A stretch of 64,000 bases of DNA from contig OZ024740.1 in NCBI GenBank assembly GCA_964016885.1, positions 48,980,001 to 49,044,000 of the forward strand. Reading direction: 5' to 3'. This document shows, piece by piece, positions 1 through 10,786 of the stretch (positions are counted from its first letter, which is position 1; every line of letters starts with the position of its first letter). Source of the stretch: Eledone cirrhosa. Its lineage: Eukaryota. Made by a program: the position numbers and the translations under genes. The notes beneath the pieces are model-generated. The model made no database searches and had not been told where the DNA came from. It was given only the letters and a program-made list of their open reading frames with translations.

Positions 1-1
1 T

Positions 2-289
2 GTATGTTTAATAAATAAATATTTTGAAAGCCTCAGCTATAAATAAAAGGCTGATGGCCACTGCTGTCTAGCGGAATCAGCCCATTTACACATGAAAAAT
101 CTGTATATTTTCGCCTGTCTCAAATTCTAGCAGTAGGCAGAGGGAAGCATTATCCTGATGAGAACCATTTAAGTTTGAAATGCATATACAATTATTCCCC
201 TTGCTTCTGCTGGATTCCACTAGATGAAGCTGGCCGTCAGCCTTCTATTCATAGCTGAGGCTTTCAAAATGTTTGTTTATTAAACATAC
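2..289. mobile_element. ~290-bp fold-back/MITE-like element with long imperfect inverted arms and a central hammerhead motif
   Basis: 2-78 (gtatgtttaataaataaatattttgaaagcctcagctata...ctagcggaatc) is the reverse complement of 213-289. An inner stem pairs ~123-153 with ~188-216. Confidence 0.7.
142..199 (+). ncRNA. Type I minimal hammerhead ribozyme motif (Penelope-type), probably degenerate
   Basis: CTGATGA (155-161), stem II gaac/gttt, GAAA (177-180), palindromic TGCA, then TA (predicted cut after A186). Stem I is in register but has mismatches next to the core. Confidence 0.55.
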
Positions 290-361
290 CGTATATCTTT
301 AGATGTACGAAATTCACATACATGTATGTATACAGCTATAATGAAGCTAAATTCTTATTAA

Positions 362-377
<16 letters not shown>

Positions 378-392
<15 letters not shown>

Positions 393-1712
393 AATGAAAT
401 TATTGTGTAAAGTGCTCAGGTGCACTACAACTCGTCAATATAGTACATAGAATAATACACAAATGCCAGGGAAGTACATGTTTGTATGTGTTAGCTGTAG
501 TGTTGGCGGATCTCGGGAAGCATGGAGGCCTTAAAGGATGCAGTGTCTCGACAGCTAACAACTGATGCAGGTAGTTTGTTCCATACTTCAGCAACTCTGA
601 GCGTGAAAAAATGTTTCCGAAAGTCATGGGAACTGTGCTGTTTTCTTACTTTGTGGGCATGTCCACGTGTGTTAGACACATGGAAATCGAAAAGGCACTC
701 AGGGTTGTTGTTGGCAACATGGTTAACAATTTTGTGGGTGTTTACCAAGTCAGTTGCCAGGCGTCGGAGCTTCAATGAATCCATGCCCAGGGAAGCAAGG
801 CGCTCAGAGTATGGTAGATGCCTGATGGAGGGTATTCGCTTGGTTGCACGTCTCTGAACAGTTTCCAGGCGGTCAATGTCCTGAGCAAGATAGGGGTTCC
901 AGACTGGTGATGTAAATTCTAAGTGTGGTCGCACCATAGCTGTATACAGCCTTAAATAGATATCTGGAGAGCGGCTGACAAAGGTCTTGCTGAGTGATGC
1001 TAAGACACCCTCGGCCCTCTTGACAATTTTAGAGACGTGCCTCGTCCAACGCAAATCGCTGCTGACCGTAATGCCCAGGTCACGTTCACAGGAAGACTTC
1101 TTGATATTAGTGCTGTGGAGGGAGTATGTGGACGCTGGGTTTTTACTCCCAAAATGCATGGTGGTGCACTTGTCCACAGCTAGCTTGAGTTGCCAGTCTG
1201 AGATCCACTGTTGCATTGTGTCCAGGTCAGACTGCAAGCAAGATCTATAGTGTTCAGGATCTGTCCTTTTTATCTCAAGGTACAGCTTGATGTCATCTGT
1301 GTACTTTAGTACTGTGGCATTCCTTAAGTTGGCATCTATGTCATTAATATATGCCACAAACAAAAGGGGGCCAAGAACAGATCCCTGAGGTACACCAGAT
1401 GACATCTCATATGGTGAGGAATGCTGTCCCAGAACCGTGACTACCTCTCTTCGACTGAGAATGAAGGACTTCAACCAGTTAAAAAGATCATCCCTCACAC
1501 CCATTGCAGAGAGTTTTGCCATAAGCCTTTTGTGTGGCACAGAATTGAAGGCCTTCGCAAAGTCAAGATAAACAACATCCACCCATGAGCCGCCATCAGT
1601 GATCCGGGTGATGTCCTCAAGAAACTCTATAAGTTGATCACAGCAGCTGGAGTTGGGGATAAATCCAAATTGCGAGGGCCGGATAAGACTGTGAGAGCTC
1701 CAGAAGTTCCAA
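378..1712 (-). mobile_element. CR1-clade LINE, 5'-truncated (RT and C-terminal region, 3' UTR, (ATT)n tail)
   Basis: ORF 491-1582 extends in frame to ~1712 and contains QFGF, LDFAKAFNSVPH, SGVPQGSVLGPLLF, YTDD (altered YADD), ERDLGI, RPHLEF..VWNP and TRGH. The tail reads aataataat on the + strand. Confidence 0.9.
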
Positions 1713-1935
1713 AGTGTTTATAATTAGTACTGGAGGAGATTTCTCTGAAAGTACAGTAGCTAGAATAAGAACAGGTTGGAAAAAGTTAAGGGTGCTACTA
1801 CCTCTGTTGACAAGAAAAGGATTTTCTCAATTAATTAAGGGTAGATTGTATGAGGCTTGCGAGATAAATGCGATGTTGCATGGCTGTGAGACAAGGGCAG
1901 TAAATGCATGGAATGTAAGGGAAGCAACTCTTTAG
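1713..1935 (+). mobile_element. Degenerate RTE LINE fragment
   Basis: Translation ARIRTGWKKLRVLLPLL...GRLYEAC...MLHGCET matches the RTE copies elsewhere in the window. Confidence 0.75.
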
Positions 1936-2094
1936 TCATGAATCTCCAATACATATATCAAGATATTCATTATCTAATTAAATTTTTAATTGAGGCAGAA
2001 AGCCAGCAATTACTGAAGAGAAAGTCGATTATATCAACTTGATTGGTACTTTATTTTATCGATCATCATCTGATTAATAACAAATTAAATTTTG

Positions 2095-3008
2095 CAGTGA
2101 GACCTGGGCATTGTGTGCAGAGGATATACGCAGACTGGCGAGAAACGAAGCTTGCATGCTCCGCTGAATGTGTAATAGTAATATACGTGAACGGCAAAGC
2201 ATAAACGAACTAAGGGAGAAATTAGGAATAAGAGGGATCAGATGTTGTTTACTCGAGAGAAGACTACGTTGGTACGGTCACGTGATGCGCATGAAAGACA
2301 GCTGTATAAAAAAGTGCAGGGCAATAAAGATAGACGGTAGCCACGGAGTAGGCAGACCCAGAAAAACCTGGGACGACTTGATAAATTTCGACGTCACACA
2401 CTTACACCTCTCCAAGACAATGTCACTGGACCGAGATCTTTGGTGCTACACAGTAATACAGAAGACCCGCCTTGCCTAAGTACAAAGCGAAACCTACAGT
2501 CAGTAGGCACCTCTAACAAAAATACACCCCCGTCCCACTACCCCCACCCCATCCACACCACCCCCTTAAATGTGAAGTTATGTTGGTACCACAACATCCA
2601 GTCCGAAACAAATGAGGTCGTGTAGGTGTCACAACAAAAAAAAACACAGTCCACGCTGTAATGTGGCCGTGTAGGTAACATGGTAAAAACCTCCCAGTCC
2701 ACACTGTAAACGTGGTTGGTGTTGGGAAGGGCACCCAACCGTAGAAAACCCGCCAGACGTGTAGGTGTCATGACAAAAAACACACAGTCCACGCTGTAAT
2801 GTGGCCGTGTAGGTAACATGGTAAAAACCTACCAGTCCACACTGTAAACGCGGTTGGTGTTAGGAAGGGCATCCAGCCATAGAAAACCCGCCAGACAGTC
2901 CTATATGAGCAGGACAACCAATCTTGCCTCAAGTGGGAAAACTCCCGTCCAAACCCATGCAAGCATGGAAGATGGACGTTAAACGATGATGATGATGATG
3001 ATGATGAT
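2095..3008 (+). mobile_element. RTE LINE family A, 3' fragment with duplicated 3'-UTR module and (GAT)n tail
   Basis: ERRLRWYGHVMRM and GRPRKTW motifs; near-identical to 10115-10784; ends in gatgatgat. Confidence 0.9.
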
Positions 3009-4349
3009 TCATTGACTGGAGCTAGTACACAATTCAGAGGATCAAAAGTTGTATTCATCAAAGAAGAGGCAGTGAGAAAAAAAATCTCATCTGTGAGCTA
3101 CATTGATGAGTGAATCTTTGTTAATCACCAGAAAGACCATTTTGGATGCAGTCAGACTGTTTCTCTGTACAGTTTCAGGTATAGTTATGTGGTTAAGATC
3201 ACTTTGCAATCATATAGTTCTAGGTTCTATCCAACTGCACAGCACTTATATGATTGACTAAAAGGCAGTATCTTAATATTGTTGCTGTCAAATGACTGAA
3301 ACTTGTAAAAAAGTAAAAATAAAATAAAATAAAAAATAGTAGCAACACCAATCCAGATAAGTCAACAGTATTTCAGTGTGGATCACACTTAAGTTTAGTA
3401 AATCAGCTACTGATCAAGAATGTATTTAGTATAGGGCCTGTAATGGGGGTAACAAGAAGAGATGGGTGATTCAAGAATACAACATGGGACTAACTAGAAC
3501 TGAAGAGCAGAGAGCAGTGGTAGTATCTAGAGGTGAGATATTACTAGGCTTGGATATGATGGTAAAAGACTCCATGCTAATCAACTGAGTGGTATTCTTT
3601 TAGCTATGGTCTAAAATACCTGTATATAACAACAGTAGTGCTCTAGATGTGGGAGCAGTGTTTTATTGTGGGTCTCACCTGAACTTTGTTGAAAGTGAAT
3701 ATTTTTTAGTGACAAATATTTTCTGACTCTGAAGAGGAATACTAATTTTGGTTGTGTTAAGAATGTATGTTCACCAAGAGAGATCTTGAATTATAGTGAA
3801 GCTTAGCATTTAAAGTGGTTTGGAGGGTTTTAGTTGCCTGTTGTCCATAGTTTGCATTGTTGACCAGTTTGTTAGCTTGAATTGCTGCAGGACAGCTGTG
3901 AATGAATCATTTTGGAAACTTGGGGTAGTGAGATTTAGATGTATGTGGGATATGGAGAAAGATATTTAAGAGGATGATTTCGGCAATGAGGTGACACACA
4001 TGCTGTCAATGATAGCATATAACTGGCAAAACTCTGACATGAAGTGTTATAGGTTCGAGGAGGTGTAAGTATATGGAGTGTGTGTGTGAATGTAGTATGT
4101 GGAAGTGTGGTAGGAAGGCATGATAAAATCATGGTTGAATGACCTGATAGATGCAGAGGTGATAGTTTGGTAGAAGTTAGGTTTGAAAGGAAGTAAAATC
4201 TCAAGCATGTTATTCCATATCTGCCACAAATATCAAGCTACTTAATACAATGAAAAAATGACTTGTAGAGTATCTAACCAAAACAGTACATTATTCTTGC
4301 ATTTGGTTTTGTTGGAAAGTCTGATATAATTTCAGCACGTGTGCCTATA

Positions 4350-5110
4350 ATTCAAAAGACCAGCCTTGCACACACTGCATCATACTGAATCTCCCTGAGA
4401 ATTATGTTAAGGGTACATGTGACTGTGGATTGCTCAGCTACCTTTAATTTCACAAGCAGGTTTGCTTGAACAACTAGAACACTCATCGTCAAAAATGAGA
4501 GATCCATTTCACAAATGAACTGGAATAGGTATGTGTCTGTGATGAGCCATTGGTTCAGCATTGTGATTTATTGAGCTTCATTGGCAATCCTTCCACCAAG
4601 AGCAGAGGCTGGTGTTCACATGTGTTCAATTTATTTGAATTATAGACTAGTCTAAGGTGTTGCAGTTTGAGGCACTTGTTTTCATTAGCAAGATACGGCA
4701 AAGTTCTTTGGGGTTTAGAGCAATTTCAAGATTTCCTGTATATATTGTTTAAGGATGTGATAGTGTCCTGTGCTTTGCCTGCTCTTGAAAAATTCTTAGA
4801 TATCATTCTGAATGCAATGCACGTTTCTTTGCTGATAAAGAGTTCATTAGATGCACCAGGAACATAAAAAAATTGTCTATATTTTGTCCATTTAAAATGT
4901 CAATCAATACCTGAAAGTCAAAGGATCATTGCACCAAGAATTCTAATATCTTTGTTATTACTGCATGCCTATGTTTATACCTGCAACATAGGCATCACAT
5001 GTCTGCCATTGATGGCATTATAGCACTCTGTGGTATATTCCAGAAGTGTAGGAATCCTTATGAATAATGTGAACTGTAATGTTGATGAAAGCTATGGTTT
5101 TGAATTTAAC
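4350..5110 (-). mobile_element. Highly decayed L2/CR1-like LINE remnant
   Basis: Only weak, frameshifted similarity to the LINE RT C-terminal region on the - strand. Confidence 0.3.
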
Positions 5111-6180
5111 TGAAACTAAGTTTATAATAATTGGACATAAATATGATGATCTAGGGCTATTCTACGTTGATTAGAGAGTTGAGGATGTTTTATTCACATA
5201 ATAGTGAGTAATGTCTCAAATACACTACCTTTGTTGTCATCTGTGTGAACTGTTTTATTTCTGAACCTGTGTTTTATGACATACACTTTCAAAATAATGG
5301 TTATCTTTACTATGATTTCATTGCTGCTTATAAGACCAGGCAACCTGTTTTTTTTGTTCTGATAGTAGTGTATTTGGACCATACTCTTCCCATCAACGAT
5401 ATGAGCATATTTTACATTTGGGATCAATTATCTGTTTCTTGGTAACCTTTATTTTCCTTACTGCTAGTAACTTCAAAAGAATGTGAATCAAGTAGTCATA
5501 AAGCTGATCACTCGCTGGCCTCTTTTGCCACTTAAGTGGGTAATAATGGGTACAGATATGCGCTCTCCTGCAATGGTCAGCTGTGATAATTGCAATCAGA
5601 GAACGGGCATTCAGCAACTGGTATATTTTAATTATTGTTGTTCTTCCCCCGGAAGTAGTCAAGTTGTTGTTAGCAAATGGCTGTCAAGCTATGATTACGT
5701 TTACATTGTTAATCACAAATTGAAATGAAATCCATTAGTCAAACTATATCTATTCCACGAGCACTTGATATTGGTCATCAGTCTATAACACTCTGTAGCA
5801 TATAAGAAACATATAATTATAATATTTTCTAATCACCACTATGCACCATTACGAGAAAAACAAAGGTTTTTCCATCAAGGTAATTGCCGAAAATAAAATC
5901 TATTAAAATTTCAGTAAGTGGAATTATATTAGCAAGGCTACGTTTTCCCTTTGACACCGTGTAAAATCGAAGGAAGGAGAGGAAAAAGAAAGCCAACAAC
6001 AAAAAGAAAAGGCGATGCGTCATGTTCGTGTGATATTGTTTTATAAATTATTTCAGGTAGGTAGATCGTTGAACTACCAATTTTTCAACTGCAGAGTACT
6101 GAGAGCATTTACCTAGAAGAGACGATTTGTTTTACCGAGGATTTGTTTTATCTGTTAACAACAATCGCTAACACCTACTC

Positions 6181-6222
6181 ATGGAGCTATCAATGAGAAA
6201 ACAGAAAGTTGTCACAGAATGA
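6181..6222 (+). promoter_or_regulatory. Upstream ORF (MELSMRKQKVVTE*) whose stop overlaps the DEPDC5 ATG
   Basis: ATG at 6181 (a second in-frame ATG at 6193) runs to TGA 6220-6222, overlapping ATG 6219-6221 (ATGA). Confidence 0.5.
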
Positions 6223-6279
6223 TACAAGCAATCAAGAAAATGCGGATGAAACTTTATGTACACGAAAGGAATTTTAAAG
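6219..6279 (+). CDS. DEPDC5: DEPDC5 (GATOR1 subunit, Iml1) coding exon 1
   Basis: MIQAIKKMRMKLYVHERNFK resembles the human N-terminus MRTTKVYKLVIHKKGF. Donor G|GTTAGT, phase 1, matches exon 2. Alternative start ATG at 6240. Confidence 0.75.
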
Positions 6280-6970
6280 GTTAGTCAAAGATATAAACGG
6301 AATTTCATATCATCAAAATTTAGCCATGTTTTATTATTATGATTCATAAAGTTAATATTTTTAGATATTACGTTTAAGAATGGTTATCTTTCTTTAAAAC
6401 ACCTCACTTCATATGAAATAACTTGTTAGATCTCATTTTAGTTCGATAATTAGAGTTATCTAAAGTTCACTTGTTACTTCATCGCCTTGATTTATATTCA
6501 TATATTCTTGTTTTTCAACTCACTGAATTACATATGCGAGAGCATATGTATACTCCTTTGACATCGGTGTTTTGTTGATAGATGTAATATATACAAATTG
6601 GTTTGATTTGATTTGTTTTTAAATATAAGGCTGAATCATTCTAAAGAAAACAAAAAAAAACGAATAAACCCGAAAAGCTATATATATGTATAATAAAATT
6701 ATCCAATTTTTTTCAGACATGGAATTTTGTTAAATGTTTATGTTTGATAATTAGTCCCAGTATAAAATTCTCGAAAATAAGAGTGGTTTTTGTAATAATT
6801 AATTATTAATTACATGTTTTTTTTAAAATTCTGATATTAAACTAACAATCTGTTTACTCAATAATCCGTACACGATACGTATAAACAGTACAGTCGTGAT
6901 TTTAGTATAAAACATACATACACACACATATATATATGCGTGTGTCTGTATGTACGTATGTATATGCATG

Positions 6971-7003
<33 letters not shown>

Positions 7004-7550
7004 GTATGTATATAGCGTACGTTCAGGCAACGTTATAAACAAATCTATGTTGACAGTAAAAAATAATAAGAAACACCGTAAAATGTTTATACTCTGTCGT
7101 CACTGAAATCTTGTGCGTTTCATCCATTACAATACGCATATCATTGTATGATATTAGAATCGGATATAAATCGTGTTTAAATATATAAAATAGGGATAAT
7201 AAACATGCAGTATGTATTTTTAAATATCCAGTGTTTTACTGAGGGCAGCCATTAGTAAAGTTCCCCCAAATCAACATTGAATCTAACGATTTAGCTCTAG
7301 GTTTACACATTATTGTATATAAGGTTTCTCGGATATGTTTTTAGCATATCTTAATAATAATAATTATTATTATTATTATCCTCATATATATTCGTGTTTT
7401 ACTGAACGTAAACAGTATTGTGTAAATATTTTGTGCCAGAATATCTGTATCAATTTATTTGTGTATATGTATATATACGTATAATTATATGTTTACATAC
7501 GCATATATGTGTTTGCATGTTTATAAAAATATATATATGGATAAACATGT

Positions 7551-7614
<64 letters not shown>

Positions 7615-7896
7615 TATGTGTTCTTAAACGTATACAAACATTAACTGAACTAAGAACTCAATACTCAATGTGGAGTCAAATATTTATCATAAGGAGGATG
7701 ACGCTTCGAAGTTCTGTTGCTGGGGGCTTTTCAGACAGCCAAACTATGAATATGTGCGCATATATATGTAGAAGTTATATTTAATTTGTTGGGATACAAC
7801 AAGCAAATATTTTTATAACTGATAAAAAGCACTCAACAAATTTTTGGAGTAAAAATACAATATATTAATAAATGGAAATTATATTTATAAAACCAT

Positions 7897-7966
7897 ATTT
7901 ATTTCATTATACATATTTCAAGGACACCAAAGCAAATTATGGTGCGCTTTCATCAGATAAAATATA
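7897..7966 (-). ncRNA. Type I hammerhead ribozyme motif in a Penelope pLTR-like fragment
   Basis: Minus strand: CTGATGA (7956-7950), 10-bp stem II with one mismatch, GAAA (7919-7916), quasi-palindromic TATGTA, UA cleavage site (after 7908), and an 8-bp stem I including one G-U pair. Confidence 0.65.
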
Positions 7967-8014
7967 ATATAGATCAGTTTTATAAACAAATATTGACATA
8001 CCCTTAAAAGAATG

Positions 8015-8061
8015 CGACCATGTCTGTTGGAAGCTCCGGGAGCTTCCAACAGACATGGTCG
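8015..8061. repeat. Perfect 47-bp palindrome (23-bp arms, 1-nt centre)
   Basis: cgaccatgtctgttggaagctcc-g-ggagcttccaacagacatggtcg. Confidence 0.95.
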
Positions 8062-8209
8062 GCAAAAAAGCACCCAGCACTCACTGTGAATGAGGTTGGT
8101 GTTAGGAAGGGCATCCAGCTGTAGAAATCAAGCCAGAATCAGTTCCCGTCCCACCCTTGCAAGCAGGGAAAAAGCGGACGTAAAATGAAATGATGATGAT
8201 GATGATGAT
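8062..8209 (+). mobile_element. Short RTE 3'-end/SINE-like copy
   Basis: Contains gttggtgttaggaagggcatccagc...gcggacgtaaaatga followed by a (GAT)n tail. Confidence 0.75.
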
Positions 8210-8253
8210 ACATGTATATATATACATACATGTATATATGTATATATATATAT

Positions 8254-10784
8254 AACTTCAAAAAACGAGACAATCACTTGATCACCTACAGATCAGGGGA
8301 ACATACCAGCCAGGTAGATTATATCCTTACCAGAAGACGTGGCAGAGTGTCTGTTGTAAACACTAAATCCCTCCCCCATGAAGAATGCACCTCCCAACAT
8401 AGACTGATAATTAGCGACCTCATAGTCAGGACGAGACGTACTCGACAACAGAAGAGGACTATCCTCAGGAGAAAAATATGGAAGCTGAAGGACCCCACAG
8501 CCAGAAATAAATTTAAAAGCATATTACTTGATGCTTTCGACAGTAAGGAAGAGCATTTAGAGTCGTACAATATAGAGAAACAGTGGGAATTTCTGAAAGC
8601 AAACCTGCTGATGGCGGCAGACGAAGTCTGTGGCTGGAGCAGGCCTATAGGCAGGAGGAGAGTAACATGGTGGTGGAACAGTAAGGTGGAGGAGTCAATT
8701 AAGGCCAAAAAGCAGGCTTGGAAAGTATGGCGGGAGGGAAGCTAGGAGACAAGTGTACTTCACAAGAAGGGAAGCAGAGGAAAGAAAGTTCAAGCATGTT
8801 CTACAACGTGTGGTGTTCAGGATTGCTAGGCAATGTGTCAAGGAAAACTGTGAGATTGTCGGGAAGAAGTGTGTCCTTAATGATGATGGTGTACTTGCCA
8901 TTACTGACGCTGATAAGAAGTGTCACTACGAAAGTGTCACTACGAAAGGCTACTAAATGAGGAGAATAAAAGGGAGAAAGACAGTCTCCCCCACATCGAC
9001 CCAATAGAGGGACCAGCAGTGTTAGTCGAAGGCAATCAAAGATATGAAGAAGGGTAAGGCGGCTGGGCCTTCGGAAATAGTTGCTGAAACGCTGAAAGCT
9101 TCTGGAACGGTGGGACACACCATGGTAACCTGGATAGTAAACCAAGTCATACAGAATGGGGTTGTTCTGAAGGACTGGCGTAGCAGCATCATCATTAACT
9201 GTTACAAGGGTAAAGGAGATGCCCTAGATAGGAGTAACTATAGAGGCATTAAATTAATCGACCAGGTCATGAAGGTCACAGAAAAAGTAATAGCGCAACT
9301 AATCAGAGAGAGAATTGATCTAGATGAAATGCAGTTCGGGTTTGTGTCAGGTAAAAGTACCACAGACGCTCTTTTCATGTACGACAACTACAGGAGAAGT
9401 ACCTAGCTAAAAGTAAACCCCTATACTTAGCTTTTGTCGACTTGGAGAAAGCCTTCGACAGAGTCCCCCGTTCCATTATCTGGTGGGCTCTTAGAAAACT
9501 AGGTGCTGAAGAATGGCTTGTGAGAGCTATACAAGCCATGTATAAAGAAACAGTCAACAAGGTTAGAATTAACAACGAATATAGTGAAGAGTTTAGCGTA
9601 AAAGTTGGTGTTCATCAGGGCTCCGTTCTTAGCCCCCTTAATTAACCTGTCTAAGACTAAAGTTCTAGTTTGTAGGAAGGAAAATAGGGCACCGGTCCCA
9701 TCCGGGAAATGGCCATGCTCAGTGTCTAGGAAAGGAGTAGGTAGAAACTCCATTTTATGTCCCAAATGCAAAGTATGGGTGCATAAAAGATGTAGTGGGA
9801 TCACAGGTAAGCTAACTAAGAACATAGATTTTATATGTGGCCAGTGCTCTGGTGCAATAAGTAGCAGCAAGTGCCCAGAGAATACTAGCTCATTCTATTG
9901 CACAGATGGTTCTATAGAAATAGTGGACACCTTCCGTTACTTGGGTGACAAAATCAGCAGTGGTGGAGGGTGCTCTGAAAGTACAGTAGCTAGAGTCAGA
10001 ACTGGATGGAAAAAGTTCAGAGAGCTTATACCACTACTAGCCGCTAAAGGGTTCTCTCTAAAAATGAAAGGCAGGCTGTATGATGCCTGCATACGAACAG
10101 CAATGTTACATGGCAGTGAGACCTGGGCATTGTGTGCAGAGGATATACGCAGACTGGAGAGGAACGAAGCTTGCATGCTCCGCTGGATGTGTAATAGTAA
10201 TATACGTGAACGGCAAAGCATGAATGAACTAAGGGAAACATTAGAAATAAAAGGGATCAGATGTTGTTTACTCGAGAGAAGACTACGTTGGTATGGTCAC
10301 GTGATGCGCATGAAAGACGACAGCTGTATAAAAAAGTGCAGGGCAATAAAAATAGACGGTAGCCACGGAGTAGGCAAACCCAGAAAAACCTGGGACGACT
10401 TGATAAATTCCGACCTCACACACTTACACCTCTCCAAGACAATGTCACTGGACCGAGATCATTGGCGCTACACAGTAATACAGAAGACCCGCCTTACCTA
10501 AGTACAAAGTGAAACCTACTACAGTCAGTAGGCACCTCTAACAAAATACACCCCGTCCCACTACCCCCACCCCATCCACACCACCCCTTTCAATGTAAAG
10601 TTATGTTGATACCACAACATCCAGTCCGAAACAAATGAGGTCGTGTAGGTGTCACGATAAAAAAACCACACAGTCCACGCTGTAATGTGGCTGTGTAGGT
10701 AACACGGTAAAAACCTCCCAGTTCCACACTGTAAACGTGGTTGGTGTTAGGAAGGGCATCCAGCCATAGAAAACCCGCCAGACA
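8254..10784 (+). mobile_element. RTE LINE family A, disrupted (endonuclease end, RT, PHD-like finger, 3' UTR)
   Basis: SQVDYIL and SQHRLII (APE), KGKGDALDRSNYRGIKL, QFGF, EKAFDRVPR, GVHQGSVLSP. An internal deletion at ~9640 removes YADD; there are also stops and frameshifts. Confidence 0.95.
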
Positions 10785-10786
10785 AT

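Noticed and set aside
5750-5785. CTGATGA on the minus strand near the promoter
   Set aside because: No GAAA follows the putative stem II.
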